Part shown: positions 28,101-37,445 of the stretch, one piece after another
Layout of the letters: every line of letters starts with the position of its first letter
Position numbering within the stretch: the first letter of the stretch is position 1
Origin: a virus
Taxonomy: Duplodnaviria; Caudoviricetes
DNA length: 64,000 nt
IMG/VR virus record: IMGVR_UViG_3300008259_003073
Direction: 5' to 3' (one strand)
Position numbers and translations under genes: made by a program
The notes under the pieces: model-generated
What the model was told of the DNA's origin: nothing
The model's input: only the letters and a program-made list of their open reading frames with translations
The model's database searches: none

Positions 28101-30347
28101 TCGTTTAGTTGCAAACTCTACAAAATTTTGAATAGATTGTTGTTTTGTTTCTGAAAGATTTTCTTTCATCAAATCCGAAGCATTAGCCATAGATTGATTT
28201 TTAGTTCCTTCTTTTTTATATCTAGCAATCGTTTGTATTAATTGTTCATCGGATAGTTTATAGTTTTGCATTATTTCTAATGTTTTTTCTATAAAGTTTG
28301 GTACAAATTTTTTCGTATCAAATCCTTCTTCTCCCTTTTTATTTTCAAATATACCAGCTACTCCCAATGCAATACCACCTGCAGAAGCTTGTGCCGCATT
28401 AGCACCTAAAGCTTCAAACGCAGAGTGTTTTATTATGTCTTTAACTATGTAAGACCCCAAATGACCTCCACCAAATTTAGCTGCTATTTTTGCTCCGGCT
28501 GCTTGTGCAATACCACTAGCACTAGCACCTTTTGATGCTGCAGATATGCCACCCATTAAACCACCTGTCGTTGCAATTGAACCCATTATTATTGCGGAAG
28601 TTTTTACAAAATTTCCAAGACCCTTTTTTTGTTTTTGACTTTCATTCCAAGACTTTTCTGCTAATTCCCGTTGTTCTGGAGTTAAATCTTTTCTATATAC
28701 AGGTTCTTTTTTTGTTTTTGGTTTTCCTAATATAGTTTTAGCCTGTATAGGATTACCATTTTCATCTTTAATCGGATGTCCATGCTTATCTTCTTTGTAA
28801 ACAGGAACATCTTTCATTTTAGGTTTTACTTTTCCTTGAAAATCTAGTTTACGAGTTGTTGAATCTGGTTCTGTAAAATCATCCCAATGTTTAGTTTTAC
28901 CTTCTGAATCTTTAACAGCCCCAAATCTTCCAGTAGTTGCCAATGATTTTATAGCACTAGCAGTTCCCACCAGCATTTCTTTGTTATGCTTGAATGTATG
29001 CATAATACCATGCCCTACATACGATGCTGCTTTTTTTAGTATATTCATAGCCCCTTTTCTTTCTTCAGATTGTGGGTTATTTGCTTTATCAATTGATTCG
29101 TTATCTCCTTTTGATAAACCTTTTCTGGCATCAGTTACTTGTTGACTTGTTTCCGCATCTTTCTTTTCTTTATCAGATTTTTCAGCAGACGCTTTTAATT
29201 CAGAACCACTTAATTTTTGAGGTGATGTAGGCGGTGGCGGAGGTGGTGGTGGTGGCGGTTTTGGGACACCTTGTTTTTGTTTCGTTGCATCCACCTTACC
29301 TTGTGCAGTAGCTCCCTTATTTACAGGTTGTCCAGGTTGTGATGGTTTTGGTTGATTTGCAGGTGCATCCGATGGTCCCTGTGCCATTCCTTTTTTCTTA
29401 ACTGCATCAGCTTCAGCAGGAGTTAGGGTTCTGATTTTACCATCTTCAGATTTATGACTCGCAGGTTGTCCTTCTTTACCATAGTATCCACCACCCAAAT
29501 GTTTCAATCCCATTTTTTCGGCTTCGGATTCTTCTTTGAAATATGTTCTGGTAAATTCTTCGAACATTTCTTCCATTGCAACTCTACCAATTATTTCTGC
29601 AATTGGATTATATAATTCGTCCGTTGGATGTTCAATTTGATGTCGAGTAGGATGTGGTTCGGGTCTCATTTCATACGATGGCTTCGTATTATTAGTCTCA
29701 TCTACTGAACCCGTTGGTGCTCCATTAATATATCCTCCTGGAAGATTTAATCCAGTTCCTATACCGCCTGGAAACCCATTTTCATTTAATTTACCTGTTA
29801 TCATACCGAATACCTCTTTATCAAATTTTGGATATGCTTTTAAAAATCCCTTTTTCTTTTCATCATCACTTCCCTTACCTAACCAATTACGAACATCTGT
29901 TCCACTAATTGGGTTTGGTTCGGCGGGAACGGCATATACATATCCAATTTCATCGTATCCGTATCCAGCTTTTTCGTTATATGGTTTAAAGTATTTACCC
30001 GCTAATCTATCTGCATCCTTTTCTCCAACTGCTGCTACATACGCAGTAGTTTTACCATCAAATTGAGATAATATTTCTTTTGGAGCATACGGATTACGAA
30101 CTTGAACTATCTTATCTTCCGGTATTCCAAACATTGTAGTAATTATTTTCACCTTCTCATTAAAATTAAAAGGAGATTTAGGACCTGATGTATCATTGGA
30201 TGTTCCAATATATACATTTGATTTTCCAAATTTTTGAGCAAGCTTTAAATAAGAAACATAATGTCCCTTATGGAATGGTTGAAAACGACCTGAATATACT
30301 ACTATGGTCCTTTTTACTATCGGTTTATCTTTTTCGTTCAAATTCAT
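25152..30347 (-). CDS. 1731-aa multidomain polyprotein: HIGH nucleotidyltransferase, Gly/Ala-rich hydrophobic segment, HExxH zincin, ligase-like nucleotidyltransferase
   Basis: SGRFQPFHKGH plus ISGTDVR; Pro10 linker; LAHEMVH; EKTDG...NLEVI...EGIVF...YKL. Modules are bounded by LNE/LSE/VKE/VSE/LTE. Confidence 0.75.
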   Translation of the reverse strand: MNLNEKDKPIVKRTIVVYSGRFQPFHKGHYVSYLKLAQKFGKSNVYIGTSNDTSGPKSPFNFNEKVKIITTMFGIPEDKIVQVRNPYAPKEILSQFDGKTTAYVAAVGEKDADRLAGKYFKPYNEKAGYGYDEIGYVYAVPAEPNPISGTDVRNWLGKGSDDEKKKGFLKAYPKFDKEVFGMITGKLNENGFPGGIGTGLNLPGGYINGAPTGSVDETNNTKPSYEMRPEPHPTRHQIEHPTDELYNPIAEIIGRVAMEEMFEEFTRTYFKEESEAEKMGLKHLGGGYYGKEGQPASHKSEDGKIRTLTPAEADAVKKKGMAQGPSDAPANQPKPSQPGQPVNKGATAQGKVDATKQKQGVPKPPPPPPPPPPTSPQKLSGSELKASAEKSDKEKKDAETSQQVTDARKGLSKGDNESIDKANNPQSEERKGAMNILKKAASYVGHGIMHTFKHNKEMLVGTASAIKSLATTGRFGAVKDSEGKTKHWDDFTEPDSTTRKLDFQGKVKPKMKDVPVYKEDKHGHPIKDENGNPIQAKTILGKPKTKKEPVYRKDLTPEQRELAEKSWNESQKQKKGLGNFVKTSAIIMGSIATTGGLMGGISAASKGASASGIAQAAGAKIAAKFGGGHLGSYIVKDIIKHSAFEALGANAAQASAGGIALGVAGIFENKKGEEGFDTKKFVPNFIEKTLEIMQNYKLSDEQLIQTIARYKKEGTKNQSMANASDLMKENLSETKQQSIQNFVEFATKRLKLKETPKITLVGGRKFAEAKTSLGGYDPISKSIYVATEGRLTADILRTLAHEMVHRKQDELGFIRNEVKDGADGSPVENQAHAVAGILMREYGRINKQIYTEVSNVGTANTADVPDGSFIKKGKKRKLDSDRPESWYANGGYTQTDFPKADAIFGDDDAEERTIKYTIKNLPSVEYVETDFVKEDINVDVDKGDEVLMGKFKNKRVTVKDIGKDDHGMPTINGKKATTFRIPRGESISQAVKDFTNNHKNDIGQSAELDTVDFDDNRKRQPGHQPNIKDTEDNGYEPVSEAQAVSSGKVHKFITGKNLGFKGKKYSEIDFETIGVDNKNGTIRVKVLAPKEIFGNEMSLDFRSVRRGPFFKTDTGKLNEVKLKDLVGNQYTYVIGNSDEKYLGPNDKKYVLVMVGKALKAYLYDGNFALNYLEREQRKEYDSFFENEILKPMLSKIDFTLNTFFTLDKNKLKWNLSSNDTRKMVDQIFTKNSKIPADIKKAYYEYRLDYAGVKLNESSTEDIIKDLDTAKNDLLKKVDALIAKKKKLYSNVDIESPMSADEKKLDKDIADLFSELNKLVLQKRNLKKKTNETILTEGGAYGHMSHPFDDMDLTFGDLKNIITGALTGELELTREKTDGQALAISWKNGRLIAARNKGHLANGGANAMGIEDVASKFSGRGGLTDAYNFAMKDLSAAIQSLSEPQRKKIFNEGHCFMNLEVIWPTSVNVIPYGQALLVFHNTTCYDESGKAVSADQSAATKLAGMIKQVNADVQSKYTIQGPPVTQLPKNENLSSKQGKYLSKLQKLQSEFQLSNNDGVSEYHQAWWSNFIDKSKVKLEKFERDALIKRWAFGDKSFRLNAIVDKEAQKWAMDNDKVNVVKQQKENVRQFEEIFLGVGADVLSFMSSVLTANPNAAVADMKNRLESTAEKVRGSGDVSKIAKLKMELSRLASIGGKGKIVPNEGIVFVYKGNTYKLTGTFAPLNQILGIFYE

Positions 30348-30350
30348 ACA

Positions 30351-30359
30351 TATAAATAT
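30351..30359 (-). promoter_or_regulatory. ATATTTATA promoter-like motif
   Basis: Exact motif 3 nt before the ATG at 30347. Confidence 0.6.
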
Positions 30360-30361
30360 AA

Positions 30362-31804
30362 TTAAATGAGAGTCTTATTAAAAGATAGTAAAAATTTTAA
30401 TACTAATTGCATTTCGGCATTGTTTTTTATATCTCCAAATGAAGCTTTACCATATTTTAAAAACAAACTTTGATTATAAATACATATTTCTTTTACATTG
30501 TTTAAAAACTCATCTTTTTCTTCTTTTGTTTTATTTGAAAATTTAGTAATTTCTTGCTGAATCAATCGTAGTCTAGAAAAATCATCACACTCCATATCAT
30601 AACTCTCATCAATATAAGGATGAAATGTTTTAAATCCAAATCTATTTTGTAAGTATTCTAATGATTTTGCAGGTCCTGCTAATATAAATGGTTGACAATG
30701 CCCAATTGGTTTCCATATTTTTTCTGAAAGATATCCTGTTGGGAAATTTACAAATATATCATCAACTCCTTTTGATTGGAAAAATACCGATTCGGTTACA
30801 ATGCTTACATACGAGTTTAGATAGATATTTTTATCTTCAAACCCAAACCCCGCTATTTTAGTTAAATCATTTATATCCAATACAGAAGATGTTTCTTCGA
30901 TTAATTTACCAAATTCTTCATTTCTGTCATGCACATACATTTCTTCCACTGCATTTTTTGAATAAAATCTTTTATCCCAAGATACTAAACTTTTATCCAA
31001 TCCTAATTTATGCAAATGACTCAATAATAATAATCTATGTAATTTCCAATGTCTCGACAACAATAAAAAATCTTTTTTATCTTTTCCAATACTTTCTTCA
31101 AATTCTTCACAAGTTGCAACGGTAGATATGCCAGATTTAATAGCTCCTACCTGTGGTTCGTTTGAGTTCTCACCCCAATAACGAAAATCTGGATTATTTA
31201 TTATATTATTAAATTCTTGAGATTTGGCAACCATATTTAATGCATAATCGGCTACATTGTATTTCAATCCTAGCTTTTTAAGATTATTTTTTAATTTAAA
31301 ATCTGCAAATAAAAAATAAACTTTTTCTTCAGGTATTTCTTTATCACGAATATTTTTAATTAATCTTTCAAAGTTTTCTATTGTAACACCTTCACCACCA
31401 TCTATTGTATAATGAAAAAATAATTTACCATTACCATTTTTTATTTCATCAATTGCTACTTTTGACATGAAATTTAGGGCAAATTCATGTATTGGGTGAT
31501 TTCCAAAAAATTGATTTAAATTGCCAAATGGCTCTACAATGTAAAACCAATCATAATTAATACCGTTTCTTCTATCTTCTTTTATTTGATAAATTGATTT
31601 TTTTTCAACACATCTTTCAAAATAATTACTATTGTATACTGCCCAATCACAATTCCATCTTTTAGAAAAAAAGGCACCTGAATTTGAAAAGTCAAAATCA
31701 GATGCGTTATGTATTGTATTTATATATTTTGGATTCATACAATTAGGCAATTCACCATTGTATGTTATTATATCATACCCAAATATTAATTTTTTATCGC
31801 TCAT
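30362..31804 (-). CDS. Putative glycosyltransferase (GT-B-like, TE..SEK..KP family)
   Basis: YVSIVTES...LSEKIWKPI...QPFILAG...GFKTFHPYIDESYD; paralogue of three other ORFs in the window. Confidence 0.55.
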   Translation of the reverse strand: MSDKKLIFGYDIITYNGELPNCMNPKYINTIHNASDFDFSNSGAFFSKRWNCDWAVYNSNYFERCVEKKSIYQIKEDRRNGINYDWFYIVEPFGNLNQFFGNHPIHEFALNFMSKVAIDEIKNGNGKLFFHYTIDGGEGVTIENFERLIKNIRDKEIPEEKVYFLFADFKLKNNLKKLGLKYNVADYALNMVAKSQEFNNIINNPDFRYWGENSNEPQVGAIKSGISTVATCEEFEESIGKDKKDFLLLSRHWKLHRLLLLSHLHKLGLDKSLVSWDKRFYSKNAVEEMYVHDRNEEFGKLIEETSSVLDINDLTKIAGFGFEDKNIYLNSYVSIVTESVFFQSKGVDDIFVNFPTGYLSEKIWKPIGHCQPFILAGPAKSLEYLQNRFGFKTFHPYIDESYDMECDDFSRLRLIQQEITKFSNKTKEEKDEFLNNVKEICIYNQSLFLKYGKASFGDIKNNAEMQLVLKFLLSFNKTLI

Positions 31805-31880
31805 TGATTTACATATAAATTATAACTATATTATGATTTTATATCACTTTTCTAAATATGGTGCATATAATTCCCATATC

Positions 31881-32006
31881 TTAAAATGATTTGTAAACAA
31901 ATGGGTCTCTTTTTTTAAGTTCTTCTAATTTTTTCTTAATTTTTTTCTTTGTTTGGTATGCCTGATACCATTTTACAAAGAATGAAATGATAGGTAAATT
32001 TTTCAT
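31881..32006 (-). CDS. Small basic hypothetical protein, 41 aa (not in the ORF track)
   Basis: MKNLPIISFFVKWYQAYQTKKKIKKKLEELKKRDPFVYKSF; fills the intergenic gap in operon orientation. Confidence 0.6.
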   Translation of the reverse strand: MKNLPIISFFVKWYQAYQTKKKIKKKLEELKKRDPFVYKSF

Positions 32007-32011
32007 ATTAG

Positions 32012-32554
32012 TTAGTTTTCGTAGTATAATGCAGGCCATTCAACAATAATATGAACCCCTCCTTCATTATACGCATTTGTGTATATCTTATAAATATCGT
32101 TTGGATTTTTTAATTCCCAAATTTTTGTAAATTGTAATATAGATTTGAATTCTTGTGTATAATCGTTTCTATGTTGAATGCCTGGGTCTAATGGATTGGT
32201 GCTTCCTACACCTACTCTAATTATAATATTTGCATTTTTACCAGTCATGTTTTCAAACTTATCAGCATGATTTATTAACTGATTTGCCGCAGATACTAAA
32301 AAATCCCATCGTGGATAGAATGATATAACGGTTTTTCCTGTAATTGCCAATCCTAAACTGATTCCCATTTGAGTTTCTTCCATAACAGGTAGCTCAATCA
32401 TTTTTTCTTTTGGTACTTCCGTTAAGGTTGTACTCATTGGATTTCCAGCATAAACTATTTGTTGTCCAATGAAGATTGTATCTTCTTTTTGGGCAAGAAA
32501 TGTCATTGCTTTGGATAATTCATCTTTATACGGAGATGTTTGTGGAGTACTCAT
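32012..32554 (-). CDS. TPP-dependent enzyme beta subunit (transketolase/E1-beta pyrimidine-binding domain only)
   Basis: FIGQ, ELPVMEETQMGISLGLAITG and YPRWDFL...NQLINH motifs; no C-terminal domain. Confidence 0.8.
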   Translation of the reverse strand: MSTPQTSPYKDELSKAMTFLAQKEDTIFIGQQIVYAGNPMSTTLTEVPKEKMIELPVMEETQMGISLGLAITGKTVISFYPRWDFLVSAANQLINHADKFENMTGKNANIIIRVGVGSTNPLDPGIQHRNDYTQEFKSILQFTKIWELKNPNDIYKIYTNAYNEGGVHIIVEWPALYYEN

Positions 32555-32555
32555 A

Positions 32556-33683
32556 TTATTTGTTTAAATGATTAAAATTATGACCTATGCAAATCTTATC
32601 GTTTACAAGGGTATGATTATTTATTTTATTTAGTTCTTCTAAAAATTCAGGAAACAATTCATGCTCTTCATTAAATACCTGTAATTCTTTTAATGTATCC
32701 GAATCATAGGTTCCCCAATCTACTAATTGTCTATAATTTATGTCCAAATGAAATGTTGAATCTTTAAATATATTGGTTACTAATTCATAAAACGCAAACA
32801 TTTCTTTGTAATTGTGTTTACTCACAACCATAGAAACAATAAACCATCCTATTGTATCAACAGTTGATAAAAACTTTAGATTTTTAATTAACCTATCCCA
32901 ATTACCATTTAATCTCGTTTTATTTTCATAGGTATCTTTTGTAGCAGCATCTATACTAACTTCAATTGTTTTGATGTAAGGACTTGCTTTCATTTGATTC
33001 CACAATTTTTCATCTAATAAATTACCATTTGTAATTATTTGCAATTGTTCTAAATTAGGATATTTAGATATGTCAAAATTTATTAAATAATCTCTATAAA
33101 TTTTTGAATAAAATGGGTCTCCACTACCTGTTATCATAATTCTTTTTAGATTACTCGCAAAGTTATCTTCTATAGATTTTAGTAAATGTAGTTTTGCGTT
33201 ATGTTGTGGTGATTCTAAATTATCATTTGGAATTAGAGATATTCTACAAGATGGGCATTTTAAATTGCAACTTCTATCAAACCCAAATAAAATTTCTTCT
33301 GGTGAAGTTTTAAAATTTACAATATCTTCTTCTGTGTGGATATTGTATACTTCTCTAAATTCTTCAATTTTCCTAAAAAAATATGGGGTTCTATCAGTAT
33401 TTATTAGTTCATTTAATCTTGGACATATCGTATGGTCGCAATATTTATAGCTACCGTCTAAAACGGATTTACGAATATTTTGTGCCCGTACTGATGTCCA
33501 ATTTCTCATTACATCATCGGTTTCATCTACTGGAAACCAATTTTCATTTCCATTAGAATCTACTCTGATATTGTGTGGTGCCCAAGATGGGCAACACACA
33601 AATTGAGATACAGTTTGTACATCGGAATACATAAATGGCATTTCACAAACGTATTTTTTAAGTATCTCTTTTTTATCATTCAT
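32556..33683 (-). CDS. Radical SAM protein with N-terminal Cys-rich segment
   Basis: RSCNLKCPSC (CX3CX2C); ITGSGDPF; IITNG; VSIDAA; extra N-terminal cysteines. Confidence 0.85.
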   Translation of the reverse strand: MNDKKEILKKYVCEMPFMYSDVQTVSQFVCCPSWAPHNIRVDSNGNENWFPVDETDDVMRNWTSVRAQNIRKSVLDGSYKYCDHTICPRLNELINTDRTPYFFRKIEEFREVYNIHTEEDIVNFKTSPEEILFGFDRSCNLKCPSCRISLIPNDNLESPQHNAKLHLLKSIEDNFASNLKRIMITGSGDPFYSKIYRDYLINFDISKYPNLEQLQIITNGNLLDEKLWNQMKASPYIKTIEVSIDAATKDTYENKTRLNGNWDRLIKNLKFLSTVDTIGWFIVSMVVSKHNYKEMFAFYELVTNIFKDSTFHLDINYRQLVDWGTYDSDTLKELQVFNEEHELFPEFLEELNKINNHTLVNDKICIGHNFNHLNK

Positions 33684-34675
33684 TATGGTTTCGAATTTGG
33701 ATTGTATTGATGTTTGTTTGTTTTATACCACTCAATGGTTTCTTTTAGAGCTTGTTTTAAATCTCTTTTTGGTTTCCAACCCAAATCATTAATCTTTTTA
33801 GAAGATAATAATCGAATCGGAATCATTGGTGCTTTATTATTTACATACTCAATAGGATTAGTGTTTCCATCTAATTCTTTAATTGTGGCAAGTGTTTCGT
33901 TTACTGTAAATCCTTCACCATAACATACATTGAAAATATCATATGTATCATTGTTCTCTGCAACAAAGATAAAACCATCTGCCATATCTTCAACGTGCAA
34001 CAAATCTCTCACTTCTGTTCCATCCCCCCAAACAGGAATAGGATTCAATCCATCTGCTACTTTACGGATGTTAGCAGGAGTAACGTGACACTTTTCGTAA
34101 TCAAATTTATCATTTGGTCCGAATGCATTAGATGGTCTAACAATCAAACATTGCATTGGTTCGTGAATCTGATTAGAAAAGAAATCACATAACATCTCAC
34201 CATACCGTTTCATACCACCAACTGCTTTGTAAACTGGTAACATTGGAGTTGCGTGTACATTTATATCTTCAGTACAAAATTCAGTACCCATATCTGGATA
34301 TGTTGTATTTGATGAAATAAATAAGAATTTACGAACTTTATTTTTCCAACTTTGTTCCATTAAATTCGTATTCATCTCCACATTTGGAGTGACGTGAAGT
34401 AATGGATTGAATTTGGTATCCAACGCGTTTGATGTATTTGCTGCACAATGGAATACTACATCTACATCTTTACTAACCAACTCACAAAACTCTGCAGTTT
34501 GTAAATCTCCTTTAATGTGTTCTACATTTTCAGTACCTTCGAAATCGTTTCTTAAATCTCTACTAAATGAGGTTGAGCGTAGGTTTTTGTACCCCTTTTC
34601 CCAAAGTAATCTTAATAAATGTGAACCAATAAATCCACTTGCACCTGTAACTAAAATCTTGTCTGTTTTTTTCAT
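33683..34675 (-). CDS. NAD-dependent sugar epimerase/reductase, GDP-fucose-synthase-like SDR
   Basis: TGASGFIG; RPSNAFGPNDKF...CHVTPANIRK; VWGDGTEVRDLLHVED. Confidence 0.85.
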   Translation of the reverse strand: MKKTDKILVTGASGFIGSHLLRLLWEKGYKNLRSTSFSRDLRNDFEGTENVEHIKGDLQTAEFCELVSKDVDVVFHCAANTSNALDTKFNPLLHVTPNVEMNTNLMEQSWKNKVRKFLFISSNTTYPDMGTEFCTEDINVHATPMLPVYKAVGGMKRYGEMLCDFFSNQIHEPMQCLIVRPSNAFGPNDKFDYEKCHVTPANIRKVADGLNPIPVWGDGTEVRDLLHVEDMADGFIFVAENNDTYDIFNVCYGEGFTVNETLATIKELDGNTNPIEYVNNKAPMIPIRLLSSKKINDLGWKPKRDLKQALKETIEWYKTNKHQYNPNSKP

Positions 34676-34683
34676 AACTTTTT

Positions 34684-35727
34684 TTATTTAAATATATCCC
34701 ATTTTAAAACTACATCATTTACAAATTTATGAGTTAATATGGATGATGTGTGTCCATACCAACTTCTTTCTAAATACTTTTTTTGTTCCTCAATACTCAT
34801 ACCGTTCATCTCTCTCCATAAAACTTTTGGCAGATTATCTTTCTCCAATTCGAAATTAAAATTTCTTATACTCCATTCTATTATTCCTCCGTATAAAGAT
34901 ACTAAATTTTCTTCAAAAAACCAAAAATATCTACTAAAATCTATCTTATCTGCATAAGTTTTTACATACGCATTATCAAATTCTAATTGTTTTTGTTCCC
35001 AAGTATTACAAATATCTTTATTTTCAATTATACACTCATAAACTGATTTATTGGTTGGTGTATGATAATATGGTGGGGTTCTACCTTCTCTTAAATAATT
35101 TTTAGAAAAGTTATTACTCATATTAAAAAACTTTATTTTTGTAATTCCATTTATTTCTAAAAAGTTGAGCAATAATAAAATATATTCGAACCATTCAAAA
35201 TATCTTTCATTATAAGTCATAACTTTATCCAACCATTCAAATGTAACTGGGTCTATATTAATAGGATTTTTGGTTGGATTGAAACCACCAGTTAAATGAA
35301 AATAACCATGTTCGTATTCTGTTGTTTTATCTTTACCACCTATTAAGTAATCACTGGTATGTACCCAGCTATCATTTTGTTTAATATAACTGATTGCAGG
35401 GTTTTTGTTAGATTCATATTTTTCAGGTGAAATAAAAAATGAATTTCGTGTCAGAGTTGTCCATTGAGCAACTACCGATATATCATTTGGGTTTACACCT
35501 TGCTTTAATAAATCAGAAACTTTGTAAATAATAGAACGAGCAATTGTTTTATTATCATGTGTAATAGTTCCATAATTATGTAATGTGTGTGTATCTTTTA
35601 ATTTTTCTTGCAACCAATTGGCCCAAGTCCAATTTTCTATCGGGTCTCGTTCCCATCTTCTTTCATCACCAATATTAATTCTAAAATTGTTAGTAAATGA
35701 ACAACCTGATACTACTATATGTTTCAT
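34684..35727 (-). CDS. SGNH-fold protein (GCSF variant)
   Basis: VSGCSFT; QWTTLTR; C-terminal GH. Confidence 0.55.
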   Translation of the reverse strand: MKHIVVSGCSFTNNFRINIGDERRWERDPIENWTWANWLQEKLKDTHTLHNYGTITHDNKTIARSIIYKVSDLLKQGVNPNDISVVAQWTTLTRNSFFISPEKYESNKNPAISYIKQNDSWVHTSDYLIGGKDKTTEYEHGYFHLTGGFNPTKNPINIDPVTFEWLDKVMTYNERYFEWFEYILLLLNFLEINGITKIKFFNMSNNFSKNYLREGRTPPYYHTPTNKSVYECIIENKDICNTWEQKQLEFDNAYVKTYADKIDFSRYFWFFEENLVSLYGGIIEWSIRNFNFELEKDNLPKVLWREMNGMSIEEQKKYLERSWYGHTSSILTHKFVNDVVLKWDIFK

Positions 35728-36440
35728 ATATAATTTAATGTTTGTAATTTATTTGATAGAAAATTTGCCCACATTTCATGTCCTTCTTTATTAGGATGTT
35801 CATTTTCAGTTGTTTTAGTGTATCCACCAAATGTTTCTTTTAAAAAATTTGGATAATTTGATATTTCATTATCTGAAATCATGCAGTTATCCCATCCAAA
35901 AAAGTGCAAATGTTTATAACCATTTAATTCCAAATATGCATATAGTGATTTTATATAATTTTTTGTTTTATTTATTTGATATTCTGTATCTAAAAAATAT
36001 CTTATAAATCTTTGAAAATCATTATCATATAATTCTATTAATTTTTTTCTGTCTTCATCCGTTCTATTATAATCTATATTTTCATTCATTACAAATTTAG
36101 TAAAATTCCCATAAAAATTTACATCTTTTAGTATTTTATCTGCCGATGCGTGTAATGCGTTTGGTATTGTAAAATACCAGTTCTTATTATTGTGTGTTGT
36201 AATAAGTTCTGTACGAATATAATTCGTCCATTGAATTATTAATACATCTTCTTTTTTAAATTCTTCATTTAAAATATAAAATACTTTTCTAAAAACATAA
36301 TCGTTGGATGCTCCACAATTTCCAAAGTTATAACAATCTACTTTATGTTTTTCAGAAAGTAATTTTGTATAATTTTCTATTTCACAATTTTCTAACCCCT
36401 GACCTTCTGTAAACGAGCATCCAACGGAATATAATTTCAT
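35724..36440 (-). CDS. SGNH-fold protein (GCSF variant)
   Basis: VGCSFTEG; NFGNCGASNDY; IQWT; HPNKEGH. Confidence 0.7.
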   Translation of the reverse strand: MKLYSVGCSFTEGQGLENCEIENYTKLLSEKHKVDCYNFGNCGASNDYVFRKVFYILNEEFKKEDVLIIQWTNYIRTELITTHNNKNWYFTIPNALHASADKILKDVNFYGNFTKFVMNENIDYNRTDEDRKKLIELYDNDFQRFIRYFLDTEYQINKTKNYIKSLYAYLELNGYKHLHFFGWDNCMISDNEISNYPNFLKETFGGYTKTTENEHPNKEGHEMWANFLSNKLQTLNYI

Positions 36441-37438
36441 TACAATCTACTTTTGTATTCTAAAATTGATTTTGTTAAACCTTCTTTCAAAGATGTTTGT
36501 GGTAAAATTCCATATTTTTTTTGCTTATCAGCTCCTAAACATCTAATTGGGTCACCATTTGTTTTGGTTTCATCCCATACTATGTTTTTAGTTTTGCCTG
36601 TAATTTCGGTATAACACTCGACAATGGTTTCAATTGTATCTTTGATACTTACTGCTTCTGCACATCCAAAGTTGATAATATCCCTAACTTCTTTTTTAAC
36701 AACATCAATCGATGCCTGTGCAACATCATCTCCAAATACAAAATCCCTTTTAGATGAACCATTACCCCAACAAACCATATCATCACCTTCTACATTGAAT
36801 AGTTTCCAAATGTTAGATGATATTACAGTTGCATCTTGTGCAAAGTTATCGTTTGTTCCGTAGATATTTGAAGGTCTGATTACAGTCCAATTATCCCAAC
36901 CATACTGAACTCTCAATGAATCCAAAGTAAGTTCTCCCATTCTTTTTGTCCAACCTGGATGCCAATCTAAACGAGATGGAGTTGATGCCCAAGTTTCTTC
37001 CTGATTCCATGTATCTTCTTCGTTCATTATATCTGCTGGTCTATAAACCCCAACCGATGAAAGATACACAAACCAATCAACTTTGGCATCAAACGATGCT
37101 TTAATCATATTGGTGTTAAACATCAACATTGGGAATAGATAATCAGCAGGACAAGTTGATGACCTTGCTGGTGAACCTTTTACTCCTGCGATATGTAATA
37201 CAATATTAATATCATCTAACTTAAATAAATTCTCACAATGTGAAAGATATGTTAAATCGGTTTTAACCAATTCCAATCTATCTGTGTATTGTGCTTTTAA
37301 GAAGTTTAAATTTTCACTAAATTTAAGGTCTACTGCATATACTTTATCAGCTCCTTCTTCTAAACATTTTCTAACGGTTGGTAATCCTACCAACCCATTT
37401 GCTCCTGTAACCAGAACGGTTTTTCCTTTTAATTCCAT
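36440..37438 (-). CDS. NAD-dependent sugar epimerase/reductase SDR
   Basis: TGANGLVG; RPSNIYGTNDNF; WGNGSSKRDFVF. Confidence 0.85.
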   Translation of the reverse strand: MELKGKTVLVTGANGLVGLPTVRKCLEEGADKVYAVDLKFSENLNFLKAQYTDRLELVKTDLTYLSHCENLFKLDDINIVLHIAGVKGSPARSSTCPADYLFPMLMFNTNMIKASFDAKVDWFVYLSSVGVYRPADIMNEEDTWNQEETWASTPSRLDWHPGWTKRMGELTLDSLRVQYGWDNWTVIRPSNIYGTNDNFAQDATVISSNIWKLFNVEGDDMVCWGNGSSKRDFVFGDDVAQASIDVVKKEVRDIINFGCAEAVSIKDTIETIVECYTEITGKTKNIVWDETKTNGDPIRCLGADKQKKYGILPQTSLKEGLTKSILEYKSRL

Positions 37439-37445
37439 TTTATTT

